The notes below the pieces were generated by a model. That model saw nothing but the letters and a program-made list of their open reading frames with translations. It was not told where the DNA came from and did no database searches. 64,000 nucleotides of DNA from Betaproteobacteria bacterium (GTDB lineage Bacteria > Pseudomonadota > Gammaproteobacteria > Burkholderiales > SG8-39): contig CANJXQ010000007.1 of assembly GCA_947478805.1 (NCBI GenBank), positions 15 through 64,014 of the forward strand. The letters run 5' to 3'. Positions 37,319-45,958 of the stretch are shown one piece after another; positions within the stretch are counted from its first letter, which is position 1; each line of letters opens with the position of its first letter. The translations under genes were made by a program, and so were the position numbers.

Positions 37319-38572
37319 TCAGCGCCGACGATGCTTCTTGTCGAGGTTGGGCAGGAATGCCGTCAACAGCCCGATCAGCAGAATGAACGAGCAGACCTTG
37401 TAGACATAGACGATGTCGGTGACATCGGCGAGTTTTCCGAGCAGGGCCGCGCCCAGTCCGCCGATGCCGAAGGACAGGCCGAAGAAAAGGCCCGCCACCA
37501 TGCCGACGCGCCCGGGCATGATGTCCTGGGCATAGACGATGATGGCCGGAAACGAGGAGGCGGACATCAGGCCGATCAACACGATCATGATGCCGGTCCA
37601 CTCCAGGTTCGTGTAGGGCAGCAGCATGGCAAACGGCGCGGCGCCGAGGATGGAAATCCAGATCACGTTCCTGCGCCCGATGCGATCCGTGACCACGCCG
37701 CCGAGCAACGTTCCTACGGCGACCGAGGCCAGCAGCAGGAAGAGGTAGAACTGCCCCGTCGATACGCTGGCCCCGAACCGCTCGATCAAGTAGAACGTGA
37801 GATAGCTGTTCAGGCTGGTGATGTAGAACGCTTTCGACAGCGCGAGCACCATCAGGATGGTCATGGACAGGGTGACCGCAGCCTTGGGCAGATCGGAGTG
37901 CATCGCTGAAGCCGGTGCGGGCTTGTTCGCGTTGGCGATGCGGTGGGCGCGATACCAGTTGCCGACGCTCCATAACACGCCGATCGCCAACAGCGCGACA
38001 GCCGAGAAAGCGCCCACGCTGGGGCGGCCGAACGGGATGATGATCCACGCGGCGGCCAGCGGCCCCATCGCCTGTCCGGCGTTGCCGCCGACCTGGAATA
38101 TCGACTGCGCGAGGCCGTGCCTGCCGCCCGATGCGAGGCGCGCCACGCGCGAGGACTCCGGATGAAACACCGCGGAGCCAGTGCCAACGAGTGCTGCGGC
38201 GAGCAGCACGAATCCGTAGCTGGGCGCCACGGCCAGGACGAGCAGGCCCACCAGCGTGAAGCCCATGCCGATCGACAAGGCGTAGGGCTTGGGGTGCTTG
38301 TCGGTGTAGATGCCGACCACCGGCTGCAGCAGCGAGGCGGTGAACTGGAACATCAGCGTGATCATGCCGATCTGCGCGTAGCTCAGGCTGAAATCCCCCT
38401 TGAGCATGGGATACAGCGCCAGCATCAGCGACTGCATCATGTCGTTGAGGAAATGCGAGAAGCTGAGAGCCCCCAGCACCTTGAAGCGCGTGCCGTCGGC
38501 CGGGTCTGGGGCGGGCTTCAGCTTTTCTTGCACCCCGGCAAGTTCGCTGGCGGCGCCGGGAACACTGTTCAT
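37319..38572 (-). CDS. MFS transporter (Fsr/fosmidomycin-resistance-like subfamily)
   Basis: 417 aa, ~12 hydrophobic helices. SHFLNDMMQSLMLALYP is characteristic of Fsr-type MFS proteins. Confidence 0.8.
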   Translation of the reverse strand: MNSVPGAASELAGVQEKLKPAPDPADGTRFKVLGALSFSHFLNDMMQSLMLALYPMLKGDFSLSYAQIGMITLMFQFTASLLQPVVGIYTDKHPKPYALSIGMGFTLVGLLVLAVAPSYGFVLLAAALVGTGSAVFHPESSRVARLASGGRHGLAQSIFQVGGNAGQAMGPLAAAWIIIPFGRPSVGAFSAVALLAIGVLWSVGNWYRAHRIANANKPAPASAMHSDLPKAAVTLSMTILMVLALSKAFYITSLNSYLTFYLIERFGASVSTGQFYLFLLLASVAVGTLLGGVVTDRIGRRNVIWISILGAAPFAMLLPYTNLEWTGIMIVLIGLMSASSFPAIIVYAQDIMPGRVGMVAGLFFGLSFGIGGLGAALLGKLADVTDIVYVYKVCSFILLIGLLTAFLPNLDKKHRRR

Positions 38573-38576
38573 CCGC

Positions 38577-39230
38577 TCAGGCCACTTTCTGCGGCTTGGC
38601 GGCCGGTTGCGATGCCGCGGCCGGCTTCTTCACGCTGGGGCGCGGGGCCACCCACGACTCGGAGCCCCAGGGCGAGAGCTTGCCCGAGTTCGGGTCGCTG
38701 AATTTGCCCGGCAGTTCCTCGATCATCTGCCAGCTGGCCTGCAGGCGGCCAAAGCCCACGGTGATCGCGCACCACACGCCAAGCTCCACCACCTGCTGCT
38801 CGGTGAAATGCTTCTTCAGCTCGGCGTACAGCTTGTCGTCGATGGCCAGATGGTTGGTCGCCATGAGGTCGGCGTAGCGCAGCCCCACGCGCTCCGCCTC
38901 GGTGAGGTCCGGTGCCTCGTAGGGCTTTTCCAGCGAGCAGACCTGGTCTTCGGTGAGGCCATCCTCGAGTGCATCCGAGTAGCGGATGGCCATGCAACTG
39001 CGGCACTGGTTGTGAAAGGCGATGCGCAGGCGGATCAGTTCGCGAAAGCGCGGCGTGAGCGTCGCGCATTTCCTGACGGCGCCGCCGAAGGCGAGATAGG
39101 CCTTGGTCAGTTCGGGGTCGTGGCCCATGGCGCGTACCGGCGCGAGCTGGCGCGACGAGAGGTCGGCGCCGGCCATGGAGCGCACTTCGGGGTCGAGCTG
39201 GTCGGGTGAGAGCATGCGGACGCGGGCCAT
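38577..39230 (-). CDS. Carboxymuconolactone decarboxylase (AhpD-like) family protein
   Basis: RLRIAFHNQCRSCMAIRY (CxxC in an AhpD-like helix). Start at MARVRML (39230). 4-nt gap to the downstream MFS gene. Confidence 0.75.
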   Translation of the reverse strand: MARVRMLSPDQLDPEVRSMAGADLSSRQLAPVRAMGHDPELTKAYLAFGGAVRKCATLTPRFRELIRLRIAFHNQCRSCMAIRYSDALEDGLTEDQVCSLEKPYEAPDLTEAERVGLRYADLMATNHLAIDDKLYAELKKHFTEQQVVELGVWCAITVGFGRLQASWQMIEELPGKFSDPNSGKLSPWGSESWVAPRPSVKKPAAASQPAAKPQKVA

Positions 39231-39369
39231 GGCTTTCTCCTTGGATATGCGATCGAAAGTGAGGTGCTTGTCGGGGGGGGGGCAGGCGCCGTTCGCCGGG
39301 CCCGTCTCGACGACCGCTCGAACTATAGCAGACGGGAACATGTTCTCGCCTGACGGCCACCGCCCCAGC

Positions 39370-40128
39370 TCAGCGGAGAAAGCCGTCGTAACCGGTCTTC
39401 AGGATCAGCGCCGTGACCACGACAATGAACACCAGGCGTACGAACTTTGCCCCGTGTTTCAGCGCGAGGCGGGTGCCGGCGAGGCTGCCGATCACATTGG
39501 CCACCGCCATGGCCAGCCCGACCTGCCACCAGATGTGCCCCTTCCAGGCGAAGAGCACGATGGCCGCAAGGTTGGTTGCGACATTGAGCAGCTTCGCCGC
39601 CGCCGACGCGTTGAGGAAGTCGTAGCCGAGGAAGCGCACGAAAAGGAAGATGAAGAAGCTTCCCGTGCCCGGCCCGAAGAATCCGTCGTACCAGCCGATG
39701 ACCCCGCCGAAGGCGCAGGCGAGCGTCGTTTCTCGGCGGGCCGAGGCGAGCGGCGCATGCGTCTTGCCGAGATCCTTTTTCGCCAGCGTGTAGACGAGCA
39801 CCGTCAGTAGCACGAAGGGCATCAGCCGCCGCAGGAAGGCCGGGTCGACCAGGGTCACCACCCACGCCCCGACAAAGCTTCCCGCGAATGCCGTCAGAGC
39901 GGCTGGCAGCAGCACCGGCCAACGCATGTGCACGCGCCGGCTGTACTGCAGCGTGGCCATGCTCGTGCCCCAAACCGATGCGCTCTTGTTGGTCCCCAGC
40001 AGCGTTGCAGGAGCGGCTGCGGGAAACGTAGCAAACAGCGCCGGCACGAGGATCAGTCCGCCGCCGCCGACGATGGAGTCGATGAAGCCGGCGAAGACCG
40101 ACGCAAGGCAGACGATGAGGACTTCCAT
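39370..40128 (-). CDS. TauE/SafE-family anion (sulfite-type) exporter membrane protein
   Basis: 252 aa, ~8 TM, with GFIDSIVGGGGLILVPAL and a repeated G-rich helix pattern typical of TauE/SafE. Confidence 0.8.
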   Translation of the reverse strand: MEVLIVCLASVFAGFIDSIVGGGGLILVPALFATFPAAAPATLLGTNKSASVWGTSMATLQYSRRVHMRWPVLLPAALTAFAGSFVGAWVVTLVDPAFLRRLMPFVLLTVLVYTLAKKDLGKTHAPLASARRETTLACAFGGVIGWYDGFFGPGTGSFFIFLFVRFLGYDFLNASAAAKLLNVATNLAAIVLFAWKGHIWWQVGLAMAVANVIGSLAGTRLALKHGAKFVRLVFIVVVTALILKTGYDGFLR

Positions 40129-40221
40129 GGGCTATGGCAATACTGTCGAATTGATCAGAAAGCCATTATCCCCCCTGCATCAAGGGAAAAAATGCTGACA
40201 GAAGTTCCGATGGCTCCGGGG

Positions 40222-40983
40222 TCAATGCTGGGTGTGGCCGAGTTCCCTGATGCGGTAGGCCGTCTGCAGCATGGATGATGCGCGCTGGATGCGCGCTGCT
40301 TCGCTCGGGTGGGTGGAGAATGCGCCCGCGGGCTCGCGATGCAGCTTTGTCAACATGCCGAGCATGGCGGCGGGATCATGCCCGCTTCGCGCCCCCAGCA
40401 CCAGGCCGATATAGTCGGCTTCCAGTTCCTGTCGGACGTAGAAGTCCGACATCCGCAGGCTTACGGTGAAGCTTTCGTCGAGTTCGCGCTGGATGTCCTC
40501 GAAACGCCGGTTGCGGCCGTTGTCCACGATGTAGCGCGCGATGCTGGCGAATTCGCGCGTGTGCTCGGCGAGCACGTGGGCCATTTCGTGCGCGAGCAGG
40601 TAGGCCAGTTCGCTGTCCGTGAACCCGAATTTCGCCACGAACTCTTCGCCGATGAGCAGGCGGCCACCCGCCATGGACGAGGCGGTTTCATCGCAGCGCC
40701 TGCAAGTGTGGATCTCCCAGCTGATGGCAAGGGCGCCTGGGTTCTCAATGCGTGCGGCACTGCCAAGGCCCTCCAGAATGTTGCGCAATCGCAGGAGCAA
40801 TGCGTGGTCTGCGTCGAGGCGTCCATCCCGGGACAGGCTCTTTAGCCGCGTGGTGTAGGCGCGCTCTGCTGCCGCCTCGACAGTCGTCCTGGGAAACGCA
40901 TGCTCGCCGGTGAACTCGAGCAGCGCCTGGGCGCAGGACAGTGCGGGTAACGAAATCAGTACGGCCGCCAGCAGGCTTTTCAT
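40222..40983 (-). CDS. Secreted M48-family zinc metallopeptidase
   Basis: Signal peptide MKSLLAAVLISLPALSCAQA. Zinc motif LLAHEMAHVLAEH (HExxH). C-terminal FSTHPS. Confidence 0.8.
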   Translation of the reverse strand: MKSLLAAVLISLPALSCAQALLEFTGEHAFPRTTVEAAAERAYTTRLKSLSRDGRLDADHALLLRLRNILEGLGSAARIENPGALAISWEIHTCRRCDETASSMAGGRLLIGEEFVAKFGFTDSELAYLLAHEMAHVLAEHTREFASIARYIVDNGRNRRFEDIQRELDESFTVSLRMSDFYVRQELEADYIGLVLGARSGHDPAAMLGMLTKLHREPAGAFSTHPSEAARIQRASSMLQTAYRIRELGHTQH

Positions 40984-41051
40984 TGTTGTTCTCCTTCTCC
41001 ACCAGCGCGTCGCAGCATCACGCGACCTGAACCAACACCTCGCAATCAAAA

Positions 41052-41067
41052 TGTCACAATTGTCACA
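41052..41067. promoter_or_regulatory. CRP-like site TGTCA-N6-TCACA (also a direct repeat TGTCACAAT x2) upstream of the M48 peptidase gene
   Basis: Read directly from the sequence: TGTCACAATTGTCACA, 69-84 bp upstream of the M48 start. One mismatch to the TGTGA-N6-TCACA consensus. Confidence 0.3.
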
Positions 41068-41115
41068 ATCGAATTATCGGCAATCCCGCGGAAAAGCCAA
41101 GAAGTTTTTTAACGG

Positions 41116-41628
41116 TTAGCTGCGCGCTGCGCTCGCAGCCCTCGCCACCAGGTCGAGCTCGACCGAAGCGCCCTTGGGCAACTGGTAGGCGCCCACCGAT
41201 GTCCGCGTGTGTGCGCCCGCAGGCCCGAGGACGGCACGCAGCACCTCGGAGGCGCCGTCGGCCACTTCGCTGAGCTGGGTGAACGTTTCGGCGCATTGCA
41301 CGTAGACTGTCATGCGATGCACTGAACGTACCTGTTCGAGGCTGCCCAGCTCGCGCTGCAGGAGCGCGAGGGCCCGCATGACGCAGACTTTTGCCGCCAG
41401 TTGCGCCCGTTCCAGCGAGACGGTGTCGCCCACGCGTCCGGTGACGACCACCGTATCGCCGACCCGCGGGATCTGGCCACTCACATAGAGGGTGTCGCCG
41501 TCACGCACCAGTGGCGCATAGTTTCCGCCGACCTTGATTTCGCCATCGAAGGCATAACCCAGGGTTGTAGCGACCTTGTTGAACGCGGTATCGGCCGGCA
41601 TTTCGCTACTTTCGGGCGCTACCGGCAT
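41116..41628 (-). CDS. RidA/YjgF-family protein
   Basis: LYVSGQIPRVGDTVVVTG...ASVELDLVA is the typical RidA pattern. Start ambiguous (41628 or 41601). Confidence 0.75.
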   Translation of the reverse strand: MPVAPESSEMPADTAFNKVATTLGYAFDGEIKVGGNYAPLVRDGDTLYVSGQIPRVGDTVVVTGRVGDTVSLERAQLAAKVCVMRALALLQRELGSLEQVRSVHRMTVYVQCAETFTQLSEVADGASEVLRAVLGPAGAHTRTSVGAYQLPKGASVELDLVARAASAARS

Positions 41629-42427
41629 TGGGCGAGTCCGGCGTGCCAGCCATTGCGCGCTGCGCGCTGAGCAGGCTTTCCTGGTTGACCTGGATGAGGC
41701 CGCGGCGCGGGCGATCGAGGTCGATGATGAGATAGACCACAAGGGCAATCAGCACCACCAGGGTGATGCCGGGGATGGTCACGCGATGAGACGACACCCC
41801 GGATGCATAGCCGAGGATGGCCGTGGTCATCACGAAAGTGAGGAACACGAGGAAGAGCACGCTCTCGGGCACATGGCGATCGAGCGCGGCATGGTGCCGG
41901 TCGGCCGAGTCGATCATGTCGTTGAGCGCCTGGATGAAGAGCCCGGTTGTCGCGGGCCGGTCATCTTTCGCGACGGCCTGCATGGCCAGTTCCCACACCT
42001 GTGCAGCGATGCTGCTGCCTTGCTGCACCAGGGCCTTGTCTTTTGCGGCATCGTCCAGGCTCAGGCGGCCTTCGCGCACGCGGATGTCGACATACTGGCG
42101 CAGCTTGCCCTGTATGTCCGCACGAATCCCGGCGGGTAGCAGTTGCGCCCGCAGATAGGTGGTCCCGATGGCATTGGCCTCGGCCACCACCGCCTGGCTG
42201 CGATCCTCGTAGCGCTGCAGCGCGAGTGAGTAGGTAAATCCGAGCAGCAGGGCGAGGAGTCCCAGCATGGCAGCGAGCACGGTATTCACCTGCGAGCGGA
42301 TGTGCTCGGTGGCCGTGGCCGATTTCCTGCGTCCGACCCGGTAGCCCAGTTCCACCGAGAGCAGCATGAAAACGAGGAGCCAGGTGACGATGGCAAGATT
42401 GCTCTGGTCGTACATCAGTTCATTCAT
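41606..42427 (-). CDS. DUF4239-like (bestrophin-like) membrane protein
   Basis: N-terminal TM, RYEDRSQAVVAEANAIGTTYLRAQLLP, two C-terminal TMs and IIDLDRPRRGLIQV, matching the DUF4239 pattern from memory. Confidence 0.65.
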   Translation of the reverse strand: MNELMYDQSNLAIVTWLLVFMLLSVELGYRVGRRKSATATEHIRSQVNTVLAAMLGLLALLLGFTYSLALQRYEDRSQAVVAEANAIGTTYLRAQLLPAGIRADIQGKLRQYVDIRVREGRLSLDDAAKDKALVQQGSSIAAQVWELAMQAVAKDDRPATTGLFIQALNDMIDSADRHHAALDRHVPESVLFLVFLTFVMTTAILGYASGVSSHRVTIPGITLVVLIALVVYLIIDLDRPRRGLIQVNQESLLSAQRAMAGTPDSPNAGSARK

Positions 42428-42583
42428 TGCGAATTCAGACTCCCGCGGCAAGGCGCCCGGCCAACGCGTGGCGCCGGACAGGCGCAGTGTAACTTCTTGG
42501 CGCAGGGTGGACCATGGCCCCTTTTTGGACTTGGGTCTTTCCAGCCGATGGGGTCATGCGTCGCGATGTTGCGGCGCTTGCCC

Positions 42584-43468
42584 CTACATCACCAGGCGAT
42601 GGAAGCCCCAGCCTGCCACCGTGAGCCCGCCGAGCAACAGTCCCAGGGGTAAAAGGGGGTGGACGTTGTTGAGCACTCGCATGAGGTTGCATATGAAGCC
42701 CACGGCCTTCTGCGGCGGCGTGACCGGGCTCTTGGAGTACTCCATGGCCGCCTTCACCACGTAGAACACGCCGGTGTTGGCGGCGAGCACTGCGCGAGCC
42801 ATGAAGCCGGACGCGAAGCCAAGCGCGCGCGGGGCGACGAGATAGTTGCATTTGAGCAGGATGCGCTGTTGGTCGTCCGGGTTGTACTCGCCTTCCACCC
42901 AGTGCAGCTCGCGGTGAAAATCGAGGATGCCGAAGTCGTAGGTGGCAAAGGCCTTCTCGATGCGGCTGTCGCCGAAAACGACCTTGTAGGTTCCGTCGGA
43001 CTGCAGGTAGATCAAGGAGCGCACCACCGCGCCCCAGGAGAGGAAGCGCAGGTTGCCGTCGTAATGCTTTCCGTACAGGCCCTCGTCGCCGCCATGGTCC
43101 TTGTTGTAGTGCGAGATATAGAGCTCGTCGGTGTGCTTCATCGGGGTGATGACGTGGTTCCGGTCGAACTGTTGCAGGATGGCGTCGTGGATGACCGGGC
43201 TGTCGCGCAGGCGATCCATCTGGCGGACGATGGATTCGGGCAGCAGCCGGATGTAGACATGCTTGGAGGGGCGGAGTTTCAGGTCCTCGCGAAAGTAGCC
43301 CTCCACCCACCTGGCAAGGCCGTCCACCGTCGATCGGGACGCCATGTCCTCGAAGCGCCCGATGGTGGCGGGGAAACGTCTTGCCGCGCTGCTGTTCCCG
43401 CTGCCGCCCTTGCGCCGCGCTTGCCCGCTGTTCCTTGCGTCCCTTGCGATCTGCGCTGTATCAGTCAT
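42584..43468 (-). CDS. Hypothetical tail-anchored protein, family not assignable
   Basis: 294 aa. Basic low-complexity N-terminus. Central region rich in His/Asp (HYNKDHGGDEGLYGKHYDGNLRF ... DFHRELHWVEGEY). C-terminal hydrophobic anchor LLPLGLLLGGLTVAGWGF. 27-nt gap from the PEMT-like gene. Confidence 0.6.
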   Translation of the reverse strand: MTDTAQIARDARNSGQARRKGGSGNSSAARRFPATIGRFEDMASRSTVDGLARWVEGYFREDLKLRPSKHVYIRLLPESIVRQMDRLRDSPVIHDAILQQFDRNHVITPMKHTDELYISHYNKDHGGDEGLYGKHYDGNLRFLSWGAVVRSLIYLQSDGTYKVVFGDSRIEKAFATYDFGILDFHRELHWVEGEYNPDDQQRILLKCNYLVAPRALGFASGFMARAVLAANTGVFYVVKAAMEYSKSPVTPPQKAVGFICNLMRVLNNVHPLLPLGLLLGGLTVAGWGFHRLVM

Positions 43469-43495
43469 GGAAAGCCTCCGTCGGTTGGCCCGCTG

Positions 43496-44281
43496 CTATG
43501 CGGGGGGTGATGACGGCAATGTGTAGCAGAAATAGATGACAACTGTGTGCGCGAGCAAAGCGGCGCCGACAATTGCGCCGGGGATGGCGCCAAGGTGCGC
43601 GCCCAGGATGGCACCGATGATCGCCCCGGACGTCACGCCGACGACTCGGGTTGGGAGGGCGCGCCTTCGCAGGCCGGCGGTGCTTCCCACGACGCCGTGC
43701 GCGGCGCGTGCGCCTCCTCGCAACGGCGTGACGGCCGTTTCCATGGCGAGAAGGCCGAAGTTCAAGGCGATGTGCAGCGTGGCGAGCGGCCACCAATCGT
43801 CGCGGAATGGAGCATTCAGGAGCGTGCCGCCGAAGGCCGCAATGTTGCCCACCAGCATCGGGTGCGACACCCATCCGTAGGGAAAGGCCATGATGCGCTG
43901 GTGTGGCAGGTCGTTCAGCTCATGGCCGTAGTAGGTGCGATCGGCACCCAGGGCTCGCGCGGCGACGCTGTTCAGGGCAAAGCCGCCCGCGATCACGGCC
44001 AGGGACAGCGCGTCGAGCGGCGTGGCGAAGTAGGCGAAGCCAAGGGCAACAAGCGACACGGTTTTCATCATGACGGCGTCGCGCTTGAAAACCCTCATGG
44101 CCACTGCACCATGGCGATAGGCGAGCCAGTAGAGCACGTAGTGCCAGAAGCTCAGGGCGTAGATGGCCAGTGGGCCGTGCCCATGCAACGCAACAAGCGC
44201 CACCAAGGTAATGAGTACGACGGCGCTGGCGAGCGATGCATGGTCATGCCAGTCGCGGGGGGATGGCGGCATGACGTTCAT
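43496..44281 (-). CDS. Phospholipid/isoprenylcysteine methyltransferase-like (PEMT/ICMT superfamily) membrane protein
   Basis: Polytopic protein. YGHELNDLPHQRIMAFPYGWVSHPMLVGNI resembles the PEMT-family SAM-binding region. Gly-zipper C-terminus GAIIGAILGAHLGAIPGAIVGA. Confidence 0.6.
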   Translation of the reverse strand: MNVMPPSPRDWHDHASLASAVVLITLVALVALHGHGPLAIYALSFWHYVLYWLAYRHGAVAMRVFKRDAVMMKTVSLVALGFAYFATPLDALSLAVIAGGFALNSVAARALGADRTYYGHELNDLPHQRIMAFPYGWVSHPMLVGNIAAFGGTLLNAPFRDDWWPLATLHIALNFGLLAMETAVTPLRGGARAAHGVVGSTAGLRRRALPTRVVGVTSGAIIGAILGAHLGAIPGAIVGAALLAHTVVIYFCYTLPSSPPA

Positions 44282-44312
44282 GGAGGTGCTGCAGCCAGCA
44301 CAACGCCAGCGG

Positions 44313-44753
44313 TCATTGCCCGAAATGGAGGGAAACGTGATTCCTGCCGTTCTCTCTCCGGTACGAAATGGCGGTCGGCGTAGAGGTGATCAGCACGCGC
44401 CCGAGGCCACCGATCCGGGCATTGGCCAATGCATGCTGAGCCGCGTCAGCCTCGATATCGGTCGGGTCGAAGGCCGGGCCATCGTCTTCATAGTGGATGT
44501 CCAGCCCCCTTTCGCAGGGAATTGCCTCAATCCAGACTGATAGTTTGGTATCGTCGGCGTGCGTGCCGGCGGCGAGGGCTTTCTCTCGCACGGCGTGGGT
44601 TGCGGAATTGGTAAACAATTCTTCGATGACCAGTTCCAGTTTCTTGACTTGGTACTCTGCAAGACCGGCAGCAACGCCCGCGTCGCGCACGCATTGAATG
44701 ACTTGGTGCATTGCGGTCATTTGGGCGGAGAAATGGTGGCGTCGTGTTGGCAT
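44313..44753 (-). CDS. RsbW/SpoIIAB-like anti-sigma-type serine kinase (HATPase domain)
   Basis: 146 aa. N-box EELFTNSATHA, G1 DDGPAFD, G2 GGLGRVL. The size and layout match partner-switching kinases. Confidence 0.75.
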   Translation of the reverse strand: MPTRRHHFSAQMTAMHQVIQCVRDAGVAAGLAEYQVKKLELVIEELFTNSATHAVREKALAAGTHADDTKLSVWIEAIPCERGLDIHYEDDGPAFDPTDIEADAAQHALANARIGGLGRVLITSTPTAISYRRENGRNHVSLHFGQ

Positions 44754-44781
44754 GGTGGCAACGTGTTATCGATGGGAGGCA

Positions 44782-45252
44782 ATGATGATGATGAAATTCA
44801 AGGAATTCGGGTGGATGGCTGCAGTTCTGGCCGCTTCCGCGGTGGCAACAAGCGCATGGGCCGCCGATGCGGCGGGCGAGGCGGGCATGGTGAAGACGTC
44901 CCGCGGCAGCGTGACCATCGAGCGGCAGGGCGCGCAGCTGGCGGCAGCGCCGGGCTTCAAGGTGCTGTCGTCCGATCGCGTGCGCACCGGGGCCGACAGT
45001 GCCGTGGGCATCACGCTGCGCGACAACACCTCGCTCACGGCGGGCGCCAACACCGTGCTGACGCTGGACCGGTACGCGTTCAACCCGACCACGCATGAAG
45101 GCGCGATGCAGACGTCGCTGCAGAAGGGCTCGCTGGCGGTGATCTCGGGAAAGTTGCCCAAGGCATCACCTGATACGGTGCGCTTCCAGACTTCGTCGGT
45201 GACATTGGGCGTGCGCGGCACGTACTTCATCATCGAGTCGGCAGGGGAGTAG
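44782..45252 (+). CDS. Secreted FecR-domain protein
   Basis: SD GGGAGG, signal peptide MMMMKFKEFGWMAAVLAASAVATSAWA. FecR-type beta region GSVTIERQG...VLSSDRVRTGADSAVGITLRDNTSLTAGANTVLTL. Confidence 0.75.
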   Translation: MMMMKFKEFGWMAAVLAASAVATSAWAADAAGEAGMVKTSRGSVTIERQGAQLAAAPGFKVLSSDRVRTGADSAVGITLRDNTSLTAGANTVLTLDRYAFNPTTHEGAMQTSLQKGSLAVISGKLPKASPDTVRFQTSSVTLGVRGTYFIIESAGE

Positions 45253-45254
45253 CC

Positions 45255-45896
45255 ATGGATCCAGTGATTGTGTTTGCGATTGCGGGTTTCGTCGCGTGGT
45301 GGAACCAGGTGCCGCCACCTCCGCCCAAGCCCGAGGTCAAGGTGGAGGCGCCCAAGGCTGTGCCGGATCGCGTTGTATTGTTGCCCGATGCCGATGGCAA
45401 CGCGGGCGCCGTGGTGTTGCGCGCGGGTTCGGGACCGGAGCAGGTGGTGGACAAGGCCTGGCTCGGCGCCGAGATCACGCGAGAGGGCGCCGTGACGGTG
45501 AGCCCACAGGATCCTGCTGCGGTACAGGCACGCTACGGCGCGCTGCTGGCGGCACGGCCGGCGGCGCCGGTGTCCTACGTGGTGTATTTCCAGTCCGGTG
45601 CCAATGCTCTGACGCCGGAGTCGCGCGCCGTGTTCGATGAGCTCAAGGCGGAACTCGCGCGCCGTCCGGTACCCGAAGTGCAGGTCATCGGCCACACTGA
45701 CCGTGTCGGGCGCCTCGAGGCCAACGACGAGCTGTCGCGTCGTCGCGCCGATGCCGTGCGCGACCTTCTTGTCGCCGCCGGCGTTCCGCGCGACCAGATC
45801 GAGACCTCCGGTCGCGGGGAGCGCGAGCCCCTGGTGCCGACTGCCGACGAGGTCGCCGAGCCGCGCAACCGGCGCGTGGAGATCAGCGTGCGCTGA
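45255..45896 (+). CDS. OmpA-family (peptidoglycan-binding C-domain) protein with N-terminal TM and Pro-rich linker
   Basis: VIGHTDRVGRLEANDELSRRRADAVRDLL...NRRVEI is the OmpA C-like signature. The start lies 2 nt after the FecR-domain gene stop. Confidence 0.8.
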   Translation: MDPVIVFAIAGFVAWWNQVPPPPPKPEVKVEAPKAVPDRVVLLPDADGNAGAVVLRAGSGPEQVVDKAWLGAEITREGAVTVSPQDPAAVQARYGALLAARPAAPVSYVVYFQSGANALTPESRAVFDELKAELARRPVPEVQVIGHTDRVGRLEANDELSRRRADAVRDLLVAAGVPRDQIETSGRGEREPLVPTADEVAEPRNRRVEISVR

Positions 45897-45909
45897 CGTC
45901 AGGGCCCGG

Positions 45910-45934
45910 CTGGCGCTGCTTATGGCAGCGCCAG
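45910..45934. terminator. Perfect 10-bp-stem hairpin between convergent genes (probable bidirectional terminator)
   Basis: CTGGCGCTGC-TTATG-GCAGCGCCAG. No strong T-run. Confidence 0.45.
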
Positions 45935-45958
45935 CGCGCCGCATCTTCGTATCCCGCT

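Noticed and set aside
41116-41748. Long N-terminal extension of the RidA ORF (210 aa in the ORF track)
   Set aside because: The extension overlaps the 3' end of the DUF4239-like gene and is Ser/Ala/Arg-rich. The RidA fold begins near MPADTAFNK, so a shorter start (41628 or 41601) is used.
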